Assembly (NCBI RefSeq): GCF_006345805.1
Contig: NC_043002.1
Span: 40,486,001-40,550,000, forward strand
Reading direction: 5' to 3'
DNA from: Octopus sinensis
Lineage: Eukaryota
DNA: 64,000 nt
How positions within the stretch are numbered: the first letter of the stretch is position 1; each line of letters begins with the position of its first letter. Made by a program: the position numbers and the translations under genes. Under the pieces are notes generated by a model that was given only the letters and a program-made list of their open reading frames with translations, was not told where the DNA came from and did not search any database. Shown here piece after piece: positions 14,069 to 27,037 of this stretch.

Positions 14069-14618
14069 GATCCATGTTCTTGACGTCCAGACGTCAAGAA
14101 CATGACATATATATATCTGTCTGGAGGTCATGTTCTTGATCTCCAGAGAGAACTGTTTTTATTCTAAATTTTTACTGATATTTGATAAAATGAGATTCAT
14201 CGAAACCAGTAATATTTTCTTTATATAATTTTGAAAATCATTTTTATTAAATTCCCTCTTAAATTGAAGTATTTTAGACTTACTTCTGTGCTATTTTCAC
14301 CTCCAACTTATATATATACATACACACACACACACATACATATACATACACACATCTAATGGGCTTTTGCACAGTCTCCATCAATCCAGTTTCACTCATA
14401 AAGCTTTTGATGATCTATGGTAAAAAGGCATTCACTGAAGATGTATTTCTTGGGAATCAAACTTGGAACCACACAGCTGGCTGCTAAAGAAATTTCTGAA
14501 ACCACATCATCATCGGAAAATTTTGGTAAAAGTATACAGCTGGGAAATTATGAGATGATGACAGATTGAACCAATTTTTTGAACCACTTTTTAAGAATGG
14601 CTAAAGGAAACTACTCAC

Positions 14619-14660
14619 CCTCCATCTGCATCCCAGTCATAACATTCTACTTTGATAGGC
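14619..14660 (-). CDS. CPNE8-like: Copine exon, 42 nt, C2B Ca2+-binding loop 3
   Basis: tttgttttacAG|G+PIKVECYDWDADG+GG|GTGAGT; YDWD motif; phase 2/2. Confidence 0.96.
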
Positions 14661-15723
14661 CTGTAAAACAAAAAAAATTAAAGATGGTTGAAGTGAAGGT
14701 TAATAGTAAAAAAATGTGAAGTAGACAATAACAATAACACCCCTACCCCTACCACCACAAGCATCATGGTTCAGTGATACATTCAACTTGGGTGTATTAG
14801 AGGTAGTAGGGAGCTTCAACAGATGTATCAGTCTAGGGGCCAGGAGAACCAAGAAGGGGGCCCATAAATATTTGATGGGTCCTTTCCTTGCAAGAAAAAA
14901 AAAATCATAGATCACAGTTTCTTCTTGAATTTTGAAAGCACACTTCAGAAGGTTTAATAGCAGCTTTGTTCTTCTTTGCAAATTTTCTCTTGGAGGCCCT
15001 CCTTCTGCAGTAATAAAACCCTACAAAAAGGCTTTAACATAGGAGAATTCACTGAAGAGTTTGATAAATTCAGTCATTGTGAGGATTCCAATATTTCAAG
15101 TTTTTGCCTTTTGTCTGACAGCAGATTTATTAGTTACATACCTCATTACACAATAAATTTATCAAACTCTTCTCTGAACTCTCCTATTAATTAATTGTTG
15201 CCAATGTAGGACATCATTAATTTTCTGATTTCACCCTTTCATTAAATACTGTTTAAAGCAATATTATTGCTTTCACCATCATCAACACTATCTTCCTCAT
15301 TGTCATCACCAATTTTTTCTGATTATTGTTGTCGTTGCTATTGGAGTAATTACAATTGTCTGAAAAATCCTTTATTCAACTTGCAAGGAGAAGCAGACAA
15401 ATCTCCCTCAAATTGTGCTGTATTAACTTAAATAACAAAAAATACAAAATAAAAGGACACATTAGGATAATTTACGATAAAGAGAGATTATCAGTAAATA
15501 AAAAGAATGGTCCTGGTTGGATCATATTTGATTGGAGGTCTGCCAGAACAGGGATGACCAGGAATTATACATTATCTTCAACCATATATTCATTATAGTG
15601 ATAAAGTAGTCCTAGATATGCTGTCTGAAATAAAGATGGGTTGGTCATGGCTGGAGAACTTAATGCTAAACAATAACAACCTCAACATGACATAGGTTGT
15701 AAGATAAACATATGAATAGAATC

Positions 15724-15928
15724 AAACATCACTGATGTCACACACTAAATGCATGTGTTTTGTTTATGGACATATTAGCTGCAGGATTGCATCAGGGAAA
15801 AAGTCCCTTTAAGACACGATACCTCAAGCACTTGGCATCTTAAAGGGACATTTCCCCTGATGTTATCCCACAGCTAATAAGCACATGCACAAAACACATA
15901 TATTCAGTATGTGACATCAGTAATGTTT
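15724..15928. mobile_element. Hairpin MITE-like element (about 90-bp inverted arms)
   Basis: 15724-15814 is the reverse complement of 15838-15928 with a 23-nt spacer; a third arm copy lies at about 16186-16268. Confidence 0.75.
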
Positions 15929-16344
15929 ATGTTATTAGAGCTGCTTATAATTCAAAATATGATTTTGTTTTACTCATGCAGCACTGTTGCACATCAGCAG
16001 ATCGGATCTACACTATCTACATATATACCTCAGACCAGCAATTCAAATTCATTTCAAGGTGACTTGGGTATATGAAGTTGAAGAACTGAAATAACAGTGA
16101 AATATCAATATCTATTGTTCTTGTTCACCAATGGGGCAAGCTGTCTCACCTGGTTTGAGGTATTTAGTATATTTTTAATACTCAACATCTTAAAGGGACT
16201 TTTCCCCTGACATAATCCTGCAGCTAATAAGCACATAAACAAAACCCATATATTCAGTATATGACATCGATAACACTGTGTAACAAGATTTTCGTTCTTT
16301 CACTGGGTAGCAACTGTTTTTTCCTATTTGCTTACTCCTAGAAA

Positions 16345-16570
16345 GTGTGAAGAATGACGAATATTTCCTTCAAACTTTGCTTTTGTTACATTTATTCAAA
16401 CCTCAAAGAATCCCTCTTCACACATGGCTATGATGCACCCCCACTGCGCCTACTCATGATCAGAGATGTACATATTGTCAGCCATTAAGGGAGATGCTCA
16501 AGTGGTTAAGGTCAAGAAACTGACAAGCAAATCAGTGGTACTGAGCAGAATATGTGCTATAACGCTATTT
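16345..16570 (-). repeat. Interspersed repeat family, unclassified
   Basis: Diverged reverse complement of about 63800-64000 (shared aaagaatccctct, catggctatgatg, tcatgatcagagatg, tgacaagcaaat). Confidence 0.7.
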
Positions 16571-17379
16571 CTGCTTCAGCAACTCAGCATTGAATCTGTC
16601 TGAAATGTAATGGAAAATAGGTCAGTTTCAAAATATTGATGACTAGGTCACAAAAGCAAAGTTTGAAGGGAATAGTAGTCCTTTCCTTCGATTTCTAGAT
16701 AAAAGCAAAAAGACAAAAAACAAAAATTTTGTTACACAGTATAATGTTTACATTATAAGAGCAGTTTATAATTCAAAACTGAATAGAATTAACTTTCTGT
16801 TCTAACAAATTCCTCTTATAATACTTCAGATGTTGTAACAGTCAAAGCTGTTTTAAATTTTTTCCAACAAAGTTTATCTTAAAAAATATAAGTTGATATT
16901 TTCATTTGTCCTCACACAATGGTATGACAAATGCAATCAATTGCTTGACCTTTCATGATCAGAGATATGTCACAATGTTTGACCAACTGTATTGACCTTT
17001 TTATAGAAAATCATGAATCTATTCTTAACAGCTAGACAAACTGATGTAATGAAGACTGATGTAATCTGTTCAGAAAACACAATGAAAGCTCAATAACTGT
17101 AGCAAATTTGAACTCATGATTCTTAAATAGAAAGTCATCTCATTTGTGCACAAACTTGTATGTTATTTTAAAGAAAGGATTTATCAACTTAAAAAAGAGG
17201 AAAATCTTTTCCCTCCATTTTCACCATCCACTATTCCTGGGAGGTTTGTGGAAATGGGGTCCTCAGTTTTTTCTCCCATAGGTTCCTATCATTATTAAAC
17301 TTTCCTACAGTTTTTCTAAGCATGACCAATTGAGACTATGGCTAAGATCCAACCTTCTCATCTCAGGTCTACCCCTGAG

Positions 17380-17612
17380 TTCACTGACAGTTGGCTTGGC
17401 TTGAGGAAACTGTGTTGGGATCCCTGATCTCTAAGCTTTGTACTCTGTCAAGTAAAAAGGAACACAAGAGAGAGTGCTCTGATTATAGAGGAATCTCCTT
17501 GTTGAGCCTCTCTGGCAAAGTCTATATACTAAGTGTCTGGAAAAGAGATGTAGGTACATTGCTGAGCCCAAGCTAGTTGAAGGATAGTGTGTTTTTCATC
17601 CTGGATGCAGAA
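17380..17612 (+). mobile_element. RTE-type LINE reverse transcriptase fragment
   Basis: ...ECSDYRGISLLSLSGKVY..., matching the KGD..C.NYRGISLLS..GKVY RT N-terminal motif; degraded. Confidence 0.75.
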
Positions 17613-18440
17613 AAAAAAAGTTTAAAATAATTTTCTCAAATAATTTCTATTTAAATGTGATGTTGATTTAAAAAAGAATGAAATAAATGTTAATTTTTTT
17701 TCTCAAAGATATTTGTGTTTCTATAAACATAAGCAAAACTTCAGTCAGATTTTGTTATGTAAGAAGCAGTTAATCAAATATTTCCTTTCAACATGTGTGT
17801 ATATTATAAAAGTGATGATTTAAAGTGGTTTGATGATTTAGCATCTACTTTCAGCATATAGGCATGATACCCACTGTGCTCTTATAATTGTATTTTATAC
17901 TATTATAAATCTCTAAATATGAATTCACCTTAATGGGTCTGTTTTATATGCTGGCCACTGATAAAATTTTTAACAATTTTATCCTTTATTATTATATTTC
18001 AATTTTTCCATTCACTTCAGGACAGTTTAGTCACTTCTGTACTACTCTGATCAAATACACAAGTATTGAGGTAGACTACAAAATTGGATGTGGATATATC
18101 TGTGGTATTTATGTGTAATCGCAACTTTGTGTTTATTTTTCCATGGGTATGAATAAATGTCTAATTTATTTCTTTCAGTATGCTTTGCTGATGAAGGAAG
18201 AGTCATTAGACTAATCCAGAAATTTGATCAATCCAAGGCTAAATGAATTATTTATGAATTTCTGTCAGCTTACTCCCTTGCTTTCAACATGTGTGTATAT
18301 TGTAAACATGATGATTTAAAGTGGTTCGACAATTTAGCATCTACTTTCAGCATATAGGCATGGTACCCTCTGTGTTCTTAATTATAATTGCATTTTATAC
18401 TATTATAAATCTCTAAATTTATATATATCATATATATATA

Positions 18441-18741
<301 letters not shown>

Positions 18742-19191
18742 CTATTGTTGAGTGATAAATCTGTGATTAATGGATATCAAAGATTAAATCTTGCAATCAA
18801 CACACACCTAGAATAGTTTACTGATATGGAATATTGATAAGGTGAGGTGGGACAGTTAATAAAGTCTAATTGTAAGAGATTAAAATACCACTGGTTGCTA
18901 TATGAAAGACATAATAGAGACCATTTCAATTTTCCCAAGTGGGAGTGATTTTTCTTTTGAGGATAGAACTGAAGCATTTTATTGAAACTGTTACAGCACT
19001 TTATAATTTGATTCAACTTTAATGTATTATAAATGACACAAGTCTAGGAGGGGCGTGGGACAAATCCAAAAAGACAAAAGGACATTGGTACAACTCCTTT
19101 TCTCTTGACCAACTTATATTTAAAAAAAATGAGCTGGGATCTTTCAGCTTTTAAAAAAATATTTAACATATATAATACTTTGTGTGTATGT

Positions 19192-19196
<5 letters not shown>

Positions 19197-19266
<70 letters not shown>

Positions 19267-19280
19267 AGAGAAAGAGAGTG
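19197..19280. repeat. (GA)n microsatellite
   Basis: Read directly from the sequence. Confidence 0.95.
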
Positions 19281-21189
19281 AGTATACACATTTGCCAAGG
19301 TTGGCTGTATTTCATCCTTTTGGGGTCAATGAAATAAGTACCAGTTGATCACTAGGGATCAATGTAATCAGTCCTCTCCCACTAAATTTCAGGCCTCATA
19401 CATATAATAATAAGGGCTTTTATTATTATCATTATTATTAATTATTATTCCACTGAGGTTGACTTTGCCTTTCATTCTTTCGGGGTTAGTACCAGTGAAA
19501 CACTGGGGTCAATGTAATCAACTAGTCTCCTTCTTCAGAATTTCAGGCCTTGTGCCTTTGGTAGAAAGGATTATTATTATTATTATTATTATTATTCAGC
19601 AAGCTGGCAGAATTGTTAGCAAGCCAGGCAAAATGCTTTTCGGCACTTCGTTGGTCTGTACATTTCAAGTTCAAATTCTGCCGAGGTTGACTTTGCCTTT
19701 CATCCTTTCAGGTCAATAAATTAAGTACCAGTGAAACACTGGGGTTGAAGTAATCAACGAGTCCCCTCTCCCAAGGATTATTATTATTATTATCACTGAT
19801 GATGATGATAGTGATGGTAATGAAGACAACAATATGTATATGAAGTCACAGAGATGATATTAAATAGAGTAAAATTTGAAAAGAAACATTCTCTAATAAA
19901 TTCATAAACAAAAAGAAAAAAATATTTATATATATAAAATGAAGGTAGAATAGCAAAAAAAGTCATAACTTTAAAAGATTTTTTTTTTAAAAGAAGCAAC
20001 AAGAACAGCAACAACAAAAAAAAACAGACAAAAGAAGAAAAAACTCAGACTGAAAGGAAAAAAAAACACATTTAAAGATTTCGTTTCTGTCTGATAACAA
20101 CACAATCATCAAAAACAACCTTATGCTTCAAAGTGTTTTACAAACTGAGAACTTTTATTTTGGCAAAGATATGGAGACACACTTAGAGATACATATATTA
20201 AACATTTAAAAGAATAAAAACAACAACAAAAGAAAGCAAAAAAAAATAATATAAAGAGAAGGAAGATGTGATGTTTCAAATCCTAGTTACACTGCATGTA
20301 TATATATTTTTTTTCTCAGTTGCTTTCTTGCGTGATCTTATTAACTGAAATATTGTAAGAACTGAGAGTGAATTCATTGATTTATGCAAGAGCTTGTGGA
20401 GGACATCAGCTTGACTAATATCCGCTAGACATTAGACACTACAAGTAAATGAGAAAGATGAGATGAATAATTGGGAAAATGATGGAGGGAGAGGAGAGAG
20501 AGAGAGGAATGGTTGTGTATGTTTGTATGTGCACATGCAGAGTTGACATTTTAGTATTGATTAAAGATCTGGCACCATGAAACCATCTCACAGAATCTGT
20601 AACTCATACTTCAAGGTTAACCCTAGACTAGCAGAACTATTCGATTATTAATTTCTTCTCCCACAACCCTAACTCCTCTTTCTTTCTCATTTCCATTGTT
20701 TCCTTTTTTCTTTTCTTTCTGTTTTTTTATTAATATTTCTTGTTTTGACATGGTTAGCAAGTCTTTTTCTTTCTATTTTTTTTTCTCATTATTCTGATAG
20801 GCTTACCATTTTGGCTGACATGCATTAAGAGAGAGCAAGTTAGCAATCAATTTACATTTTTATTTATTTATTTATGTTTTGCTATTTTTCTTTCTCACCT
20901 TCTTATTTGTATATTAAAAATACAATAATGCCTATTAGCTTTCCATGATATCTGGGGGGAAAAAGTCACCCTGCCGCCAAAAAAAACAACTCCCCCCAAA
21001 ACCCACTCCCCCCCTCATACAAATCCTCAGTAATATCCATTCAAAGGCACTATGATTTATAAGGATTTTCGTCAACATATTCCATATCCGGATCAAAGAA
21101 GATCAACTTACTATCTAACAGGTAAAATAAATTTTCAACCAATTAAAGAATATGTCCTGAAATAAATTTATTACATCAGATAGTCTGTA

Positions 21190-21203
21190 CACAATATATA
21201 TAT

Positions 21204-21249
<46 letters not shown>

Positions 21250-21250
21250 C

Positions 21251-21299
<49 letters not shown>

Positions 21300-21324
21300 T
21301 ACATATACATACATACATATATAC

Positions 21325-21355
<31 letters not shown>

Positions 21356-21369
21356 ATATATATATATAC

Positions 21370-21413
<44 letters not shown>

Positions 21414-21450
21414 ATATATATATACATACATACATACATACACACACACA
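21190..21450. repeat. Compound (TA)n/(TACA)n microsatellite
   Basis: Read directly; it is the source of several spurious Y/I/M/V ORFs. Confidence 0.95.
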
Positions 21451-22055
21451 TAAATAAGTTTATATTTGTATATCTCCAACACACGATATCAACTTGCCAG
21501 TCTGCAATACATGTCGTCAGGAAAGTAATTTGGTGAAAAATATATCACGCTGGCATGTTAGTCAGTAATAAAGACCAGCATGTCAGTCAGATCAGCGTAT
21601 CTAAATGCCATACAAAATATAAAGCAAAACAATTGAGTATTTCATTACATAGGCAAACTGATACTTTGCAAAAAAATATTTAAAAAAAATCTAATTGATT
21701 TATACAAAACAGCTTACATGCTGTTTTGTGAAACAAAGTTATAAAGTTTATGACAATGATTTATGCCTATCCTGAAATGATACATGCAACATGGGCAAGC
21801 TCAATTTGTAGCAAATGAGTTGAATTCAATAAGGAAATAAAGACATCTACTTCTATGTTCCACATGGTTGCACAGCCTGTTAAAAATAGCTATTAAATGT
21901 CCTTCAGTTTTCACACAACCCTCAAAAATCTCCTAAAGACAACCAAAAAGAACCCCACCCCCCCAGAAAGGACACATTCAGTCATATGATAAATAATTGG
22001 AGTCTCTTGTATCTGAGAAAGATGTTTCTGCATTTTTTTACTGAGCAACTTACTC

Positions 22056-22263
22056 TCTCTTTACTCGTTTCAGTCATTTGTCTGTGGCCATGCTGGAGCA
22101 TTGCCTTTTAGTCGAGCAAATCGAACCCAGGACTTATTCTTTGGAAGCCTAGTACTTATTCTATCGGTCTCTTTTGCTGAATCGCTAAGTTACAGGGACG
22201 TAAACATACCACCAGCGGTTGTCAAGCAATGTTGGGGGGATGAACACAGACACACAAACATAT

Positions 22264-22300
<37 letters not shown>

Positions 22301-22472
22301 CATATACGACAGGATTCTTTCAGTTTACTTCTACCAAATCCACTCACAGGGCTTTGGTCGGCCCGAGGCTATAGTAGAAGACACTTGCCCAAGGTACCAC
22401 ACAGTGGGAATGAACCCGGAACCATGTGGTTGGTAAGCAAGCTACTTACCACACAGCCACTCCTGCACCTAT
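22056..22472 (-). mobile_element. tRNA-derived SINE family B, near full length
   Basis: Head ggctgtgtggtaag...ggttcattccca; body ttgggcaagtgtcttctactatagcc; internal (TA/CA)n; tail ...aaatgactgaaacgagtaaagag. A matching full + copy lies at 60689-61103. Partial copies at about 340-480, 11355-11495, 23650-23830, 23990-24170, 29335-29490, 35375-35525, 46195-46500, 52710-52870, 56440-56590, 57440-57650, 57795-57960. Confidence 0.85.
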
Positions 22473-23199
22473 AAAAAGAAAAATATTCACAAAAATATTC
22501 AACTTGTACAGATGATTTGTTTATAGTGATCAAATCCATGTTCTGTACATTTGCTTGCCCCCTCCATCAAATTGACATTGCCTGTAAAGTTGCACTGAAT
22601 ACCAGATGCAGATGTCGAAGTGATAGGAGAGTGATGTGAGATCAAGTGTTTTACTCAAGAACACAACACACTGCCCATTCTGGGAATCAAGCCAGTGAGC
22701 CTGTGATCATGAGTGCGACACCCTAAGCACTAGGCCATGTTCCCTCACGTAATGTAAAATACACAGAAAAGAAGGAATATCTTTGGTCATAAGTCTATCC
22801 ATTCAGGACTGGCTAGGCTAAACAACAACATCATGGATAATGCTTTCTTTTAATTGAGAATCAAGTAAATTTTTGAAGGGAACAACTGTTGTATTTATTA
22901 TTTGCACTGTTACACACCAAAAGACTTCCACCACAGCTTTGGTACTAGCATCTATTTCTTCTTTACAGTACCTTAAGATTAGGTTAAAATATTTCTTCCT
23001 CTGCTTCCAAGAAGTAGGATTCACTTATTTCAGCCAGCTAATTCAGTGTCTGCCTAGCTATCAGTATATCTTTCTATCTAAAAATCCTTCAAGATGGTGC
23101 CCCAACATGGCTGTAGTCTAATGACTTAAACAAGTAAAAGATAAAAGATATCTGTCTACTAGTCTATTTGTATGTGCATGTGGTGTGTATGGATATAAA

Positions 23200-23556
23200 A
23201 AAGATGAGTTAGTGTTTATGTGAATGTGTGTGGTTGTTTGTTTGTGTGGATGCGTGTTTGTGTGGATGTGTGTGTGTTTGTGTGGATGTGTGTGTTTTGT
23301 GTGTATATGTGTGTGTTTGTGTGGATGTGTGTGTGTTTGTGTGGATGTGTGTGTGTGTTTATGCAGACGTGTGTGTTTGTGTGTGCATGTGTGTGTTTGT
23401 GAGGATGAGTGTGTTTTGTGTGAACATGGGTGTTTGTGTGTATACGTGTGTGTGTGTGTGTGTGCATGCATGCATGTGTGCATGTGTGAGTGTGTGTGTG
23501 TGTGTGTGTGAGTGTATGTGTGTGCATGTTTGTGAGTGTGCATGTGTGTGTGTGTG
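23200..23556. repeat. GT-rich degenerate minisatellite (gtgtttgtgtggatgt units) and (TG)n
   Basis: Read directly; it is the source of H/T and C/V ORFs. Confidence 0.9.
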
Positions 23557-24185
23557 TAACTGGCACATATATCATTAATTCCAAAAGGATAGAAAATATT
23601 CATGTAGTTGCGTTTTAAATCCAGGACCAAACACACATATATATTATCAAATATATTTCATATGGCAGCAGGTATGGCTGTCGGGTTGAGAAGAAGCTCA
23701 TTTCCCAACCACATAGTTTTGGACTCAGTAATGCTGTATAACACCTTGGGCAGGTGTTTTCTACTATAGTCTAGGGTAAACCAAAGCTGTATGAGTGGAT
23801 TTGGTAGACAGAAACTGAAAGAAGCCATTCATGTGTGTGTGTGTGTGAGTGTATGTGTGTGCATGTTTGTGAGTGTGCATGTGTGTGTGTGTGTAACTGG
23901 CACATATATCATTAATTCCAAAAGGATAGAAAATATTCATGTAGTTGCGTTTTAAATCCAGGACCAAACACACATATATATTATCAAATATATTTCATAT
24001 GGCAGCAGGTATGGCTGTCGGGTTGAGAAGAAGCTCATTTCCCAACCACATAGTTTTGGACTCAGTAATGCTGTATAACACCTTGGGCAGGTGTTTTCTA
24101 CTATAGTCTAGGGTAAACCAAAGCTGTATGAGTGGATTTGGTAGACAGAAACTGAAAGAAGCCATTCATGTGTGTGTGTGTGTGA
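23495..24185 (+). repeat. Perfect 337-bp tandem duplication
   Basis: 23495-23848 is identical to 23832-24185 (offset 337); the junction lies in a (TG)8 tract. Confidence 0.92.
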
Positions 24186-24692
24186 ATACATGAATGTGTG
24201 AGTGCCTGCATGTGTGTGTATGTGCCTGCGTATGTCAGCATGTACCTGTATATATATATATATATGTGTGTGTGTGTGAGTGGGAGGGTGTTTGTGCATA
24301 TGTGCGTAAGTGAGTGGGTGTCTGTGTAGGTGTGTGTGCGTATTTTTGTATGTTTGTGTGCTTGTATCTCCTTGTCTTGATATTGCATGATAAGAATAAG
24401 TGGGCATCACAGTTATGCAAACTGTGTGACACATTTCCAGTCTTTGATGTACAAGATAAATAAAATTGGATGGTCATAATTGGAACACATTTGACCATAG
24501 GTTTTCTCTAGTTGCTGCTATATAACAACATTAACAAAATAACTCATGAATCAAGAAAGAAAAATATACAGTATGATTCATATGGAATAGTTTTGAGCAT
24601 AGGTTTACTTGATTAGGACTCACCAGAAGCTAAACAACAACATAACGATAATGATGATGGTTTATTGAAAAGAAACTGCAGGTATTGCTTAC

Positions 24693-24797
24693 CTGTCGTA
24701 ATCTCCGTTACATAATAATCTTATGCTGATGGTAAAGGGTCGCCAAGTAGGATTCAATGTTCGTTTTATTACTTCCGTTCTATGTACCACAGTGTAA
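24693..24797 (-). CDS. CPNE8-like: Copine exon, 105 nt, C2B
   Basis: ttgcttttAG|T+[34 protein letters not shown]+AG|GTAAGC; phase 2/2; not in the ORF track. Confidence 0.97.
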
Positions 24798-26354
24798 CTA
24801 AAAGCAATCAAACGATTAAAGTCATTAAACCAATCTTTAATTAAGGCTAAACAAAAATATTTTCAAACACATAGGTAAGAGCATACATACACTTACACAT
24901 ACATACCTGCCTACCCACATACATATATAGTCATATACAAACATTTCTCCCATCATTTCATTTACATTCAAATAATACTGAGTTACTTTACCTGGGGCTC
25001 AAGCCCATTTTATAGGTAGATTGGGAAAATAGACAAAATCGATTAATGATAAAAGGACAACATAAATTCTTACAAAGACCAAACATCCTTTGACTAATAA
25101 TATTTTATTTTATTTTCATTTCTAACTCTGTCCTAGCCAGTTGCAAACCTGGATGAGAAAGTAGTGCAAAGTTGGCAGCCTTGACACTGTAAAAACTAAA
25201 GAAATGCTACAGAAACAATGAGGGGTAACCATTCTGGCAAACTATGGTGCAGAAGAGACAGCACAGTTATGACGGGGTCAGATGAAAGCCAAAAGGAAGC
25301 CTAATTCTTGAGGAGCAAGATCATCAATACCAAAATAATAACACGTATAGGCATCTGGTATGATTGCACACTGCTCGTGACTAGAACGTCTTTCATCACA
25401 AGTCTTCTCAATCAGTCTGACCTGGTGCTGAACAACAGCAACCAAGGACTTAAATTTTTGTAATAGTTTTTATGGCATTAATGTCATACCCTTCTTTCTC
25501 CTAATCCTAGCAAAGCCATAATCCTAGACATGGCTTATGGACTTTACTTAGACTAATACCAAGTAGAAAATTAAAAACAAATCTTTTATCCAATGAAATT
25601 GTTTACTCAGTCTTATGTCTGAGTCTTATGTATAAGGTATTTATAACACGAGGGTTCCAGTTGACCAATAGAAAGCCTGCTCATGAAATTAATGTGTATG
25701 TGGCTGAGCATTCCACAGACACATATACTCTTAACATAGTTCTCAGAAAGAGTCAGTGTGACACCCAATGTGATAAGGCTGACTCTTTGAAATAGAGTTT
25801 CTACTCAGTTTTGCCTGCTGAGTGAATTGGAGCAATGTGAAATAAAAGTGTCTTGCTCAAGGACAGAATGTGTTGCAGGGAACTGAACTCGTAATCTAAT
25901 GGCCATGTGCTGAATACCTTAACCACATGCCTTCACACACATACACACATATATATGCATGTGTGAGGGTGTACTTCTGCATCTACGTTTACTTCTATGT
26001 TAGTCTATTGAAATCTGATCTTGTGTAAAAAAAAAAAGTATTCCCAGAAACTTGACAAATAGATATTAAATAAGTAACAGACTGGCATAAGTACAGGGGT
26101 TGAATTGATTGACAAAACCTTTCGAAGGCAGTATCCCAGCATGCTTGCAGTACAATGACTGAAACTAATAAAAGAATGTTGGGAAGATTTCCCAAATCAT
26201 AAATAAAAGAGACTATCACAGTGAATCTGAGATAGCTGAACTACAGAAGTTAATTGAAGGTCCCAGTTGTACAATGCAGGAAGTCTGTCACATTGGATAC
26301 AGTTTAAAAATACCTACAGATATTTATGTAGTAGATCTGAAGTCAATCAGCCAT

Positions 26355-26583
26355 TTAACCCTTTAGCATTTAAACTGGCTATATCTGGCCCAAATATGCT
26401 ATCTGTTTTATGTTCAAACCAGTCAAATCAAGCCTATCACACCTACCCTTCAATGTCATTCTAAAAATATGCAATCACATCATCAAAATTTTTGAAGCTA
26501 TGGGACAATGCATGATTAATTTAAAACAACGTAAATGAAAAAGCATTACATTTGACAGAATAGTCTGAATGCTAAAAGATTAA
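26355..26583. mobile_element. piggyBac-type MITE
   Basis: TTAA-CCCTTTAGCATT ... AATGCTAAAAGA-TTAA. Other TTAA/CCCTT-bounded elements at 34876-35081, 40866-41061 and 41257-41479. Confidence 0.7.
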
Positions 26584-26933
26584 TGCTACATTTCATAACA
26601 AAGTCCTAGACACACTCCATCTAAAAAGAAAGGGAAGGATGGTCAGAATTGAAATACCTCTGGTTATAATCTACTTGCTCAGAGCTGACTTGATGCTGAA
26701 TAACTTTCCCCCTCCCCATTATATAATACTTAAGGAGTGATGTTCAGTCTTGGTGTATATTAATATCTTTAAAATTCAATGACAAATGGTTAATAAACTA
26801 TGAAGGAAAAATATAGGGTAGAAATAACAGTAATATTTGATTTTTGAATTTATTTGTATTTGGTGGAATGGATAAAATATTTAAAACTTGATTGAAGATT
26901 ATTTAACAGAAATGATGTAGGAAAAACGAATAC

Positions 26934-27037
26934 CTTCCATCTTCATTACATCGGTAAAATGTGAGAAATGGATCGGATTTCCCAAAAAAGTCTTTTTTAT
27001 CCAATTGATGAGCACAGAATTGCATTGTGGCTTCTTC
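26934..27037 (-). CDS. CPNE8-like: Copine exon, 104 nt, start of C2B domain
   Basis: ttcttgcAG|[34 protein letters not shown]+AG|GTATTC; the [13 protein letters not shown] motif is diagnostic of copine C2B. Confidence 0.98.

Noticed and set aside
20980-21015. G-rich tract on the minus strand as a G-quadruplex
   Set aside because: Only three clear G-runs; no supporting context.
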